From assembly GCA_963840035.1 (NCBI GenBank), contig CAWIXE010000001.1, positions 1,171,065-1,235,064 of the forward strand: a stretch of 64,000 nucleotides of DNA, read 5' to 3'. Both the position numbers and the translations under genes were made by a program. Every line of letters starts with the position of its first letter. The stretch's first letter is position 1. The notes under the pieces were generated by a model. The model ran no database searches and had not been told where the DNA came from. It saw nothing but the letters and a program-made list of their open reading frames with translations. This document shows, one piece after another, positions 41,382 through 54,200 of this stretch. Source of the stretch: a candidate division FCPU426 bacterium. GTDB taxonomy: Bacteria > Oederibacteriota > PGYV01 > Palsa-1178.

Positions 41382-44300
41382 TTGAAGGGAAAATTCTTCG
41401 GGCACATGAGGCCGGCTGCTTTTGTCGCTGCGTTTATTATTGCCTTTGCCTTTGTCCTGCAGGCCGACATTATAAACCTTAACGCGACAGGCGAAATGTC
41501 GGGAAAAATACAGGGCTGGTATGATTCTGTGAGCATCGCGGCATATGATTCGGACAGCGCTTATACGTCGGTCAGCGGTACAAGCCTATATACTGAATTT
41601 GACAACTCAACATACCTCGGGCCCGTGAACACGGTCACGCTTCATATATTTCACAGCGCCACAGGCAGCACTGCGGGAGATACTCTTGAATATAATCTGA
41701 GCAATGACGGCGGCACAAACTGGTTTTCCGCGGTGGATACTTTTGATGCTTTTTCAGAGGCGCTTATTCTTGACGCTCCGGTTATGACTGATGCTGAAAC
41801 AGAATACACGCTTGAGATTTCGCCGATATACAGCGCGTGGGACTGGAATAAAGTAAATAATCTGGGTATGGTAATCAGGGCTATGGGAACAACTTTTACC
41901 CAGGCGAAGATAAACTATGTTTACCTTGCTGTGGATTATACTGCCGAGTCGCCGACGATAACACCGACATTTACAGATACGCCGACGGAAACCCCCACCT
42001 GGACAAGTTCACCGGATTATTCCGCGACTGATACGCCGTCTATTACAGATACTCCTACGGGCACTCCTACCCCGACCGGATCTGCAACTGTCACAGTTAC
42101 GGGAACAGATACTCCAAGCATTACAGCGACAGATTCCGGAACCCCGACAGATACGTTCACGGCAACATACACTGCTACGGACACTTCGACACCTTCAGCA
42201 ACATGTACCGGAACCGGGACAGACACCAATTCAGCAACACCTACTGGTACAACCACAATATCACCAACACCAACGGATACAGGCACTGTCACGGCGACTC
42301 CGACGGATTCGCCGGTTTCCTCGGCAACAGACACGCCGTCTGTTACGGGGACATTTACTGCGACAGGAACATCAACCGCGACATTCACCGGTACTGTTAC
42401 GCCCACTTCCACGGATACCGGAACGCAAACCATGACAGATACGAAAACATTTACGCCCACGGCAACTCAGACTGTTACCCGGACAAACACAAACTCTCCG
42501 GTAAATACAAATACTTTTACACAGACTTCTACACCGACAAATACCGCGACGCCATCCAGGACTGTAAGCGATACGCCGACTGCTACAGGGACAGGAACAA
42601 TAACTCAGACAAATACAATAACGCCAACATTTACCGACAGCCCGGTTGCAACAAATACGCCTTTCGGCGAAGGCAGCGCGATTATCAATCCGGGTTTTGC
42701 CGCGGCAGGGACATCAGGAAATACCATGACCATAGTATATACGGCCGGGGCAACCACGTGGGTTAATGGGGTTTTAAAGGTCATAATACCATCAGGCTGG
42801 TCAGCGCCGAGCGCAAATACTGTTGATCCCGGATACTTCAGGGTTACTGTTTCAGGAGGCTCATCTTCAGGATCTTCAAAAAGCGGACAGACAATAACTG
42901 TTAATATTAATTCACTTACCGCATTTTCAGGGACAATAACTGTTGTCTATGGAAGCAAAGCCTCAGGCGGGCCGGGCGCAACATGCCAGCCATTGCCGGG
43001 AACACCCGTATTTACAGTTGAAAGCAATCCAACAGGGGCGGTCACATATCCGATTACAATATTGCCGCAGGTTACAGTTACTAATCCAACGGCAACAGCT
43101 ACATATACATATTCAAATACATTCACCAGCACTATCACTCAGACGCACACCGTATCACCGACATATACAGCGTCGCCGACCCCGATAACAGGGGAAGGCA
43201 GCGCGGCGATAATACCGGCAGGAGCAGTAGCCTGGTCGACAGGGAATACTTTTTCAATTGAATACACCGCGGGCCCATCAAACTGGGCGGCGTCTCCGGG
43301 ATTTGGTTCAATGAAAATATCAATCCCCGCAGGCTGGCCGGCGCCGGTGACAACGTCATCAGCACAGGGTTATTATACGGTAGTATTAACCGGAGGAACT
43401 CTTGCCGGGAAAAGTTCCTCGGGGCAGGATATCAGGGTGTCGGCAAGCGATGTCTTAGCGGGCCAGAAAATAATTGTGACATACGGGAACAGGGCTGGCG
43501 GCGGACCGGGAATTACAGCGCCTGCAGGCGGCACGCATATTTTCCGCGTGGAAGCAGCCACAAGCGGATTAACGACGCACCCGATAGCGGTTTTTCCTGT
43601 GGTGAACCTTTCAACCCCTACATCGACTCCGACCGCTTCTGTTACGATGACATATACCAGCACTCCAAATTCAACTCCGGTACCACCCCCGGCTTTTGCA
43701 TCACAGCAAAGCGGCGGGAATACAACTTTAAGCTGGACAAGCGGTGCCAATATTGATTATTACAAAATATACCTTGCGACAGGCCCTTCAGGAAGGCTTT
43801 ATTCTTTCCCGACAGGATGGACGCTTGTTGCGACAGTGGTCCCGACCCCGGGGACAAGTTCATACAGTGACGCTTCAAATCCTCAAACATACTGTTTTTA
43901 CCGTGTTTCCGCTGTAAATGGAGCGGGAGAAAGCCAGCCGGCAGCGATGGCCTCAAGAATAAAATATGTTTTTAATTATAATGCCGGCAGCCAGAATTCC
44001 TACAGGATAGGGCTTCCTTTTAATTCGCCATACGGCACTGCGTCCGCTATAGTCACAAGTATTGAGGGAAATCCTGTAACCGCTTCAAGAATAAATAATA
44101 TCGCTTTCTGGGATCCTTCACAGCAGTCGTACATCGCGCGCAGTTATATAAACGGATCGTGGAGGGCGCCTGACTGGACAGTGGATGCGGGTACTCTTTC
44201 GTCGAACGCTATATTTGTTAATGTGGTTTCGGCTTTTACCTGGAATGTGACAGGCACGGATAAATCAGCGCCGCTTTTCTTCAAATATTATCCCGGCAAA

Positions 44301-44585
44301 CAAAACATGCAGGAGAGGATGATTCCGTACGCTTCGGCTTATCAGAAGGCGTCGGATATAGTAAGAGATATAGAAGGAAATACCGCGACCGCGAACAGGA
44401 TAAACCTGATAGCTGTCTTTAATCCGGCGATGCAATCATACACAGCATACGTCCATAATGGAACCATATGGCCGGCTCCTTCGAATTTTAATGTAGTGCC
44501 CGGGGATATCATACAAATACGCTTAAGCGGGACTACTTCTGAGTTTACATGGACACCGAAAATGGCTGGAACTCCTATACCGTAA
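41382..44585 (+). CDS. Protein C: secreted Thr-rich paralog of A with two GEGSA domains and C-terminal module X
   Basis: AGGAG before TTG; signal peptide; distinct N-terminal beta domain; the C-terminal ~300 aa align with those of protein A (for example [11 protein letters not shown] is identical). Confidence 0.9.
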   Translation: MKGKFFGHMRPAAFVAAFIIAFAFVLQADIINLNATGEMSGKIQGWYDSVSIAAYDSDSAYTSVSGTSLYTEFDNSTYLGPVNTVTLHIFHSATGSTAGDTLEYNLSNDGGTNWFSAVDTFDAFSEALILDAPVMTDAETEYTLEISPIYSAWDWNKVNNLGMVIRAMGTTFTQAKINYVYLAVDYTAESPTITPTFTDTPTETPTWTSSPDYSATDTPSITDTPTGTPTPTGSATVTVTGTDTPSITATDSGTPTDTFTATYTATDTSTPSATCTGTGTDTNSATPTGTTTISPTPTDTGTVTATPTDSPVSSATDTPSVTGTFTATGTSTATFTGTVTPTSTDTGTQTMTDTKTFTPTATQTVTRTNTNSPVNTNTFTQTSTPTNTATPSRTVSDTPTATGTGTITQTNTITPTFTDSPVATNTPFGEGSAIINPGFAAAGTSGNTMTIVYTAGATTWVNGVLKVIIPSGWSAPSANTVDPGYFRVTVSGGSSSGSSKSGQTITVNINSLTAFSGTITVVYGSKASGGPGATCQPLPGTPVFTVESNPTGAVTYPITILPQVTVTNPTATATYTYSNTFTSTITQTHTVSPTYTASPTPITGEGSAAIIPAGAVAWSTGNTFSIEYTAGPSNWAASPGFGSMKISIPAGWPAPVTTSSAQGYYTVVLTGGTLAGKSSSGQDIRVSASDVLAGQKIIVTYGNRAGGGPGITAPAGGTHIFRVEAATSGLTTHPIAVFPVVNLSTPTSTPTASVTMTYTSTPNSTPVPPPAFASQQSGGNTTLSWTSGANIDYYKIYLATGPSGRLYSFPTGWTLVATVVPTPGTSSYSDASNPQTYCFYRVSAVNGAGESQPAAMASRIKYVFNYNAGSQNSYRIGLPFNSPYGTASAIVTSIEGNPVTASRINNIAFWDPSQQSYIARSYINGSWRAPDWTVDAGTLSSNAIFVNVVSAFTWNVTGTDKSAPLFFKYYPGKQNMQERMIPYASAYQKASDIVRDIEGNTATANRINLIAVFNPAMQSYTAYVHNGTIWPAPSNFNVVPGDIIQIRLSGTTSEFTWTPKMAGTPIP

Positions 44586-44877
44586 AGTAATTGTGGTTTT
44601 AGAAATTTTTCCGGTGAAAAACACGAAAAATTTTGAAAATGTTTATAAGTCGGAAAAAAATGGCAAGAATATGAATTTTTGGGTTATGTGTTGTGGATAT
44701 GTGTATAAACTGAATTACCTAATCAAAAACAATAATAAAAAAATATTTGACTTATAAACAAGGAGAAAAAGCAAAAAATGAAAATATTTTCGTTTTTAAA
44801 AAAGTTCCAAAATAGGCGTAAAATAAGGCTTTCCAGCACCTTTTTTAGCCATATTTCATTGGGAAAACAAATTTCGT

Positions 44878-44976
44878 TTGACAAAAAAACTACAATATTG
44901 TATAATTTACCCGTGGGTCGAGGTGTAAATATTTATTAAATGGAAACAGAGTGTAACAGACTATAACGGATAGTAA
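44878..44976 (+). promoter_or_regulatory. Consensus sigma70 promoter plus 10-bp-spaced direct repeats for the HTH-D unit
   Basis: TTGACA (44878)-17 bp-TATAAT (44901); AAACAGA/TAACAGA/TAACGGA at 44944, 44954 and 44964. Confidence 0.75.
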
Positions 44977-45003
44977 ATCATTAACAAGGAGAAAGAATCC
45001 GGT

Positions 45004-45216
45004 ATGAAAGAAGAACAACTGGAGATTATGACAGTTAAAGATGTGGCGGTTTATCTAAAAATGAAACCTGTCACTATTTATAAGCTTGCGAAAGAGGGAC
45101 GAATTCCCGCTTTCAGGGTTGCTTCATTCTGGCGTTTTAAAAAAGACCTCATAGATAAGTGGTTATCTGACGAATCAAGGAAAAATCTCGATACAAGCAA
45201 GCAGGCGAAATCGTAA
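45004..45216 (+). CDS. Small excisionase/BldC-like (HTH_17) DNA-binding protein
   Basis: MTVKDVAVYLKMKPVTIYKLAKEGRIPAFRVASFWRFKKDLIDKWL; AGGAG RBS. Confidence 0.9.
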   Translation: MKEEQLEIMTVKDVAVYLKMKPVTIYKLAKEGRIPAFRVASFWRFKKDLIDKWLSDESRKNLDTSKQAKS

Positions 45217-45268
45217 GTCGTACTATATATAAAGGAAGACAGCTTTAATTCCCCTAAACGGAGGATTA

Positions 45269-48200
45269 ATGCAAAGAAGTACGCGGGAAAAAAAGTTTAA
45301 GAGGATCTTGCTTCTATTGACAGCCGTTATTGGTCTGTCTTTTGGCATATCAGCGTCTGCCCAGGCGTTTTACTATCTCTTCGGGGATGTTTACACTTCA
45401 ACAGGCGTATTCGGTACTGCAGCGACTGAAAACAGCTACGCAAGCCTAAAAGCGTACAGGATAGGAATTTCAGGCCAGGTTGGGGTTGAGCACTCAATTA
45501 ATCCTTTCCCGGAGCAGATTTACGCCGCATACACTGATTCAGGCACTGATTACCCGGCCAACTTTAACTCCGAAGTGGGTTCTGACTGGTCATTAACACC
45601 TCCGCAGATTGGCGATAATATAGTAACCCTCGTACAGACATATAACGGGCAGTTTGGCTGGGCTGGAAATTCATACGTAGGCGCTTCTTCGCGCGTTATA
45701 ACAGCGGGGGATTATTCAGGGTATTCAAGCACCATGCCGAACATCAGGATGGAACAGATTCCAAACCCGGCCGCGCAGACAGTAAATTATTACGACGCCA
45801 CGCTTACATGGACAGGACTTTCACAGGACCCCCAGAATCTTGTAACCGGATACACGGTCTACAGGGCCACGCAGGCGTCATTCGGACCCAATACAGTCAC
45901 ATTTACCGCAGGCCAGGTAAAAGGAGGACTCGTTACATTTGTTGATTCCTCCGTAAGTACCGGAACTTCATACTATTATAAGCTTGCGGTTAATTATGAA
46001 TGGAACGGCGGCACGCTCGCGGCTTATACCACCCAGGCAAATTCCGCAGTCACATCACTTACAACAAAAACAGCGGTATTAAACCAGCTTATTTTATCCC
46101 TTGATTTCAGCCCCAGCAGCCCTTTGACGGCAAGCACCGGACAGACCATAACAATAATCGGCCAGGCACTTAACATAAGCGGCGAGCAGATTAATAATGT
46201 AAACCCGGTACTCGGGTTGTCCGGCGGCGCCCAGACTACGCTGGTTCAGCTGTCAAACCCCGGCACAGTAAATATCCCGGGCGGAATTTCTTATCTTACA
46301 TGGACTTATTCGGCAAACGCGTCAGGCATTGTAACAGTAACGGCCGCAGCGAGTGGCGTTGGCGCCGGTTCATCAAACTTATACATCGGAAATGTTACGG
46401 CGTCAAAACAGATAACGGTAAAAACAAAGGCGTCCCTTTCAGCGCAGTCATCGGCCCTGCCTGCTTCGGCCTCTGTCGGCCAGCAGATAACTGTAATACT
46501 CACGGCGACAAACAGCGGACAGTCTGACTGCAACGCGGGCGCGCCTTCAATGACGGTGCTTGGAAATACCTCGGCAATATCAATTGCCACTACGCCTGGT
46601 TCAGCGATTATTTCAGGCGGCAGCGGCACGCATACTTACACCTGGATTTATAACACCCTTTCAACCGGAACAGTTTCATTCAGCGCTTCAGTTTCAGGGA
46701 CGGACCAGTACTCGGCTGTTGTTGTAGCAGCGATCGCGCCGGTCACAGGAAATGTCCTGATACAGACGCCGGCGTCAATTGCCTCTGATATTTCAGCGCC
46801 TGCCAAGGTAAGCTTAAACCAGGTATTTACGGTGCAGATGACACTTACAAATACAGGCGGCGCATCTGTTGTGAATTTCTACCCGAACATCATAACAAAT
46901 ACAGCAACGGTGCTTAACCTTACAAAGCCCTCAACTACAACACTGCCGGGCAATTCAGTCACCACTCTCCAGTGGACATACTCGGCGCTTGCTTCCGGCA
47001 CCAATATTTTCAGCGGCCGCGCCACGGGAACCGACGCGAATTCAGGAAGCGCGCTTTCGACAAACTGGAAGAATGTTTCCACGCTTATTCAGACAAGGCC
47101 GAACCTGCAGGCTTCGCTCACATGCGCGCCGCTGCAGGTTTCCATAAACCAGCTTATAACTGTGGTGATGACAGTATCAAACCTGGGGCAGGCGACCGCG
47201 GACCTGCTTACTCCGGACTCCATCGCGTTCAGCGGGCCTGTAAGCTACCAGGCCGGGCCGATTCCTTCGCAGTATATTTACATAACCGGCAACACAATGC
47301 AGGATTTTACATGGCGCTTTACCGCGACAGGCCCTGGTATTGCTTCATTCAGCTGCAGGGCTTTCGGCATAGATGAAAATGAAAGATCCGGTGTGACATC
47401 GACCGCTTCAACATCGCCGTCTGTTAATATAGAAGTAGGGGCAAACCTGATTTCGTCCCTGACCGCCTGGCCGCTGAAGGCTTCCACCGGACAGAACATA
47501 ACAGTCGCCCTCACCGTAACAAATACAGGCGCTTCAGGAGCCAATAACGTTATACCTGAGCTTTTCCCGACAGGAACAGGTTCTATTGTTCCTGTGTCCA
47601 CCCCAAACCCGACATCATACAGCCTTGGCGGAAGCACAAGCGGAACATTCCAGTGGGTGTATACGGTGAACGGACCCGGTTCGCTTAATTTTCAGGCAAG
47701 AGGAGCCGGAGTGGACGCAAATGCCGGCTGGAATGTATACTCGTCGTATTCACAACTATCCATAACAGCGCAGGATAAATCAGCCCTTGTTTCAATAATT
47801 GCCGTGTCGCCGGAAAATGTCGGGTTGTTCGGATTCATAACGGTTGTAATGAACGTGGTCAATAACGGACAATCAACGGCAAATAATGTCACCCCCGAGT
47901 TCATGGCCGTACCGGGCTTTGCCACACAGCTTACCGCACCGGTTCCTCCAGCGGTTAACATCACGGGAGGAAATTCATATAACTTCACATGGACATACAG
48001 CGCGACGGCATACGGCGCCATTGCATTCTCAGGCAGGGCAGCCGGCACGGACGACAACAGCCTGCTTCCGGTTTATTCATTATATACTTTTGCGGTATCA
48101 AACATACAGACACCGGCTACGCTCATCTCCGATATGCACCTGCTGCCCACCTCAATTTCCACGGGGCAGATGTGCACTGTCAGGCTTGTTGTTACAAACA

Positions 48201-51200
48201 CCGGCATGGCGACCGCGACCGGGGTAACACCCAATTCCATTATTAAAATTGGCGCGCCGGGCGCCGCTGTTCAGACAGGGCCGCTGCCCGCATCGGCGGA
48301 TATTGCCGGCGGAATGTCAGCAACTTTTGAATGGACTTATCTTGTATCGCTTCCCACAGGCACCCTTGCTTTCAGGAATAATGCTTCAGGCACAGACACG
48401 CTTACCGGAGGAACGGTAACCTCCACGCTTACTTCTTCAGAAACAAGGAGTGTTATTAAGGGAGCAAGCCTTGCGGCAAGTTATTACGCGGCGCCTTCAT
48501 CGGTTAATATGGGCGGAATTATTACGGTAAGGATGGTTGTCACAAACACCGGGGACGCGACAGCCCAGAATGTACAGATAACAACCGTAAACTTAATCGG
48601 CAGCGCCGGAATTTCACCGAATACATCGCCGCTGCCGTCCTTAAGGTCGATAGCAGGAGGAGCTTCTGAAACCTTTACCTGGACTTATGACGCGCTCGGG
48701 ACAGGAAATGTAATATTCTCCGCAAGGGTCACGGGCCAGGACGCGAATTCACTTGCAGCCATTGCCTCAGCTTATCAGCTTTCGAACCAGGTAAACGTCG
48801 AGACAAGGGCGATTCTTTCAGCCGGAGCTTATGCGCAGCCGGCCATCGCGAATGTCGGGCAGGCAATCACATTATTCTTAAGGGTCACGAACACGGGGCT
48901 TGGCACCGCTGACATCACTACACCGAAAAAACCGGGGCTTTCAAATGCAAGCCTTGCAACTTATTTTTCAGGCCCGTCGCCTGCGGACGCTTCTATTGTA
49001 TCGTCAACAACACAGGAATATACCTGGGTTTACTCCGCAGCCAATACAGGTGTCCTGACTTTCACGGTTTCAGCCAGAGGCACTGACCATAACTCAGGGG
49101 ATATACTTGATACAAATTCAGGGACTACCAATGCCGTTACAATACAGAACGCATCAAACTTAAACTGCACGATTGCGTCATCCGCGCCATCTGTTAATTC
49201 GGGCCAGGACTTGACCATAACAATGACCATACATAATTCAGGACAGTCTGGATGCGCCGGAGTTACTCCAAATATTATACCTGTCGGCACAGCAGGCTTC
49301 AGCGCGCCGTCTATTAATCCTGCAAGCGCCCCGATTGGCGGAGGCGCCACGCAGATATTTACTTTTGTATATAACGCCACAACCCCCGGGACCATGGTGT
49401 TCTCGGGCACGGCTTCAGGCACTGACGCAAATGACGGAACAGTAAAAATATCAAACTTTGGAATTACACCACAGGTGCTTGTCCAGACAGGCGCGCAGCT
49501 TGATATAGACGTGACAGCGCTTCCGGCGCTCGTTGCTACCGGCCAGAGGATCACGGTTACAATGTCTGTCACAAATCTTGGACAGGCTTCCGCAAACGGC
49601 GTTATCCCGAGCCCGCTGCTTGGCGCTATAAATAAAACAGGCACAGCGGACGCGACTTTAATAGGAACTGTAAACCCGGCAAGTTATACAATACCGGGCG
49701 GGCAGACAAGGATATTCACGTGGACTTATTCAGCGGACGGAACCGGAACACTGCAGTTCTCGGGCAGCGCGAGGGGGACGGACGCCAACACTGGCGCTGT
49801 TGTGGCATCACCACAAAGAAATTCGGCGCAGGTTGAGATTAAGCAGCCTTCACCTTCACTTGCGGCGGAGATTTATCTTCCTTTAACGGTGGTATCCGTA
49901 CAGCAGCAGTTTACGGTTATCATGACAGTGACCAATACGGGGTTGATTGACGGAACACTCGCGGACCTTTATACTTGCGTATCCACGACCTCCGGCGCGG
50001 CAGTCACGCAGCTTTCAAATCCGGGTATCGGCCAGATAATAGCCGCGCAGACAGGCGTCGCGCATTTTACATGGACTTATTCGGCAGCCTCATCGGGCGT
50101 GCTTAATTTCTCAGGAGCCGCAAAATCAAATACGGGCCTGGGTTCTACCGCGGCCGCGGTTTCACAGAATATAACCATACAGACACAGGCTGCGCTTTCA
50201 GCTTCATTCCAGGCTCTGCCAGCAAATACGGATTCAGGCCAGCCGCTGACGGTGGTACTCGTTGCAAATAACAGCGGCCAGGCGGCGGCAAATGCTGTCA
50301 CGGTCAACCAGGACGTGGTCGGCACATACCTGACAAAACTCGGCACAGCAAATGTAACATTAATAAGCGGGCCATTGCCTGTATCACAGGGTATAGCCGG
50401 CGGAACAAACGGATATTTTACATTCACATACAGCCCGTCAGTCACAGGGTCTGTTGCCCAGCCGCTTTCGTTCCAGGGGTTTGTTTTCGGTTATGACGCG
50501 AATACCGGCGTTACCAAGACATCGGCTGATGCTGTATCGACAATTACCAATATACAGAATCCGGCAAGCCTGTCAGCCCAGTTTAACGGTCTGCCTGCTT
50601 CGGTAAATATAGGGGATACATTCGCGGTATCAATGACGGTTACCAATAACGGGAACGCGTCTGCACTAAATGCGGCGCCTGTACCCGCGCCCGGAATGAC
50701 AATAATAGGCACGGGTTCTGTGGTCAGGCTTACCGGAAACACGCCCGCGTCACAGACTCTCGCGGGCGGCGCGTCAGTCACATTTAACTGGACTTATTCA
50801 GCCGTGGGCACAGGGCTTGTAAGTTTCTCCGTACATGCGTCGGGCACTGACAGCAACACATCAGAAACCAGGGTTTCCGCCCCGCTTTTAAGCCAGTTTG
50901 TAGTGCTTGTCAGGGAAGCTGATATTGCGTCTTCAGTGATAGCATATCCGGCAACCGTGTCAGAAGGCGAATTCATAACGGTGTCAATGACAGTGACAAA
51001 TTCAGGCGAAGCAGCCGCGTTAAATGTATCGCCGGTTGCGATGCTGCTTACACCATCCGGCGGCGCAACGGTTTCACTAATATCCTCGCCGGCACCTCTT
51101 ACAGTGACTTCCATCAACGGAGCTTCAGCGCACACCTATATATGGATTTACAGGGCATTGACAGCTGGCAACATAACATTTGGAAATAAGGTTGTCGGAG

Positions 51201-54200
51201 CGGATTCAAATGACGGAAGAATACTTACAACAACACTCGGCACATCGCCTTCCATTACCATTATGCAGGCAGCAGTGCTTGCCTCGCAGATGACGGTTGC
51301 GCCATCATCGGCAAGTGTAGGCCAGGCAATAACCATGATCATGAGTGTAACAAATACAGGAACTGGCGCCGCTAACAACGTTTATCCGTCGGTTATAACG
51401 ACGTTCGGTTCCGCCGGTTTAAGTTTTACTTCTTCGCCGACAGCTTCAGTGCCATTAGCCGCCGGGGCAAGCGCGTACTTTACATGGAGATACAGCGCCG
51501 CTTCCATCGGCACTGTTTCTTTCAGCGGAAATGTATCCGCGGTTGATGTAAACAGCAGCAAAACAATTTCTTCGCCCATGGGAACATCCGCCTCAATTGC
51601 AATACAGACCGCGTCGCAGTTAACAGCCGCGTTCCTGCCGCTGCCTGCGAATGTTTCAACCGGACAGACTGTATATGTAGTGCTCCTTGTTTCTAACACT
51701 GGCGGAGCGACAGCAATAAGCGCGCTGCCTGAAACACCGGGCCAGTCAGGCACAGGGGCATTTACACTCGCGGCGTCACCCGGCACGCAGCCCATAGCAG
51801 GCGGAACGCTCGCGATGTATACATGGACTTATTCAGCGTCTGCCGCAGGAAACGTTGTATTTACTTCAAAGGTAAACGCTACGGACTTGAATAGCAGCCT
51901 CGGAATATCTTCAAATATTGCCTCATCATCACAGGCTAACGTTGTAAATGCGGCGGCATTCAGCGCCGGCATTATCGCGCCGCCCTCCATATCAAATAAT
52001 TCTACCGTCTACACGGTATACATGAGCGTTACAAATAACGGGCAGGCCTCGGCCAATAACGTATCCGCGCACATAAGCTATACATTGACAGACTCGCCGG
52101 CAGTTACATTCTATAAGCTCGGGCCGGAAACCACTAATATCAGCGGAAACTCCTCGGCGTCGTTCAGCTGGAGTTTCTCCGCAACAGGCACAGGCACTGT
52201 GCACTTCTCGGGATTTGCCACAGGCACTGATGTCAACTCAGGGCTCACAGTCACGCTGACCGCGCAGAACGCGGATTCCATAGTGCAGACTCCGGCGCCG
52301 GTATTAATAAGCCCGGCAATTTCAGCATATCCTTCACAGGTTTCCATCGGCCAGGTGGTCACGGTAATAATGAGGGTGACAAATAACGGACTTGCGAGCG
52401 CCGCAAACACAGCGCCCACAATCAATAACTACATAGGCAGCATGGTAAAGCAGTTAGGACCGCTTCCTGTTAACGCCACCATAAACGCCAACGGAGGTTT
52501 CGCCGTATTTACCTGGACTTATACCCCGTTTGCCGCGGGTAATGTTTCATTTACAGGTACTGCCACCAACGGCGTCGTCACAAGCGCTGAAGGACAGTCA
52601 AACACAATATCAGTCCAGACCAAACCGGTAATTACAATAACAGACACGCTTCCAAACTTACAGGTAAGCGTCGGCCAGAATATTACGGTTATTATGCACG
52701 TGGCTAATTCGGGAGGCGCGGCCATTGACGGTATGATGCCGAATTTAACCGCTGTCGGAGATTCAAGCAGTCTTGTTAAGATACTTGACGCGGTTACGGG
52801 CAATTCAATAGCCGCGGGCATGTCGCAGTCATATACATGGGCTTATAATTCCACGGGCGGCGGTACGGTTTCGTTCTACATGGAAGCCTGGGGCAATGAC
52901 GCCAATTCGGGCGAGGTGATTTTAGCCGCGCCTGTTACGACAGATGATGTAATCATGGAAACCCCGGCTACGCTTGCGAATTTCCTCACTGTGCCGCAGA
53001 CAGTAACCATCGGCCAGTGGTTCACGGTTTACATGATGGTATCAAATACCGGAAATTCCACCGCGAATAATGTAGTACCCACAAACCTTCAGCTTTCCGG
53101 AGTCGGCACAAGCATTAAGAAAACAGGCCCGACACCTGCAAGCCAGACAATAACTGGAAAACAGGCATTTACTTTTGCGTGGACATATTCAGCCGCCGGC
53201 ACAGGAACGGTAAATATCACAGGTTCGTCAACGGCGGTTGATAATAATTCCGGGTTCGCGGCCGCGTCAAACGTAGCAGCAGCCGGGTTGAATGTGAACA
53301 AGAAAGTAGAGCTTTCAGCGTCGCTTACTGCGTCGCCGTCACTGGCAAAAACAGGCTCTCAGATAACGGTTGTCATGCACGTTACAAATAACTTAAATTG
53401 CGCAAGGGCCATAAGCTTAAGCGTAACCCCCCAGGACCTCGGAAAGATTACGACAGGCGGGGCTTTCGCGGCTATAGCTGCCGCGCCGTCGCCGGTCTCA
53501 AGGATAGTCGACGGAAATTCTTCAACTGACTTTACTTGGGTATATGACGTGGGAAATGTTGTAGGCACCATTTCATTTACAGGAAACGCGATAGCCACAG
53601 ATTATAATACGGGCTGGGCAGCGTCCAGCACTGTCGCCACCAGCAACGTGATAACGGTGCAGGCAAGCGCCGTATTAAAATCAGACATTATAATACCTGT
53701 TACAAATGTGTCGGTGGGCCAGTTGTTCACCGTCATAATGAATGTGACAAATACCGGAGGGGCAGTAAGCAACTCTACAAACGCGTTGCCGGATTTCATA
53801 TTCTTCGGCAGCGGAAACGCCGCGAAGTTTAACGGCCCGCAGCCTGTTAATCAGTTAATGAACACAAATGATGTTCAGCAATTTACATTCAGGTATACTG
53901 CCACGGCGGCTGGAACGCTGGGCTTCTCGGGATACGCAACCGGAACTGATACTGTGTTTGGCGCCATACAGTCACCAAAGACCGCCGGCAGCCTGGTTGT
54001 CATAGAAAATTCCTCGGCCCTTACCGCAACCATGACGGCGAAGCCGTCAACAGCAAGCGTCGGCGAGATTATAACGGTAATAATGGTAGTTACCAATACA
54101 GGCGGAGCGACATCGATATCGGCTGCAGGAATTACGCCGACCACCGTGGGCAGCGGTTCTGTCGCGTTATTGTCCTCACCCGCATATTCTGATATACCCG

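Noticed and set aside
45004..45216. Excisionase as evidence of a prophage or ICE
   Set aside because: No integrase, att repeat or phage gene is visible, so a regulatory role is more parsimonious.
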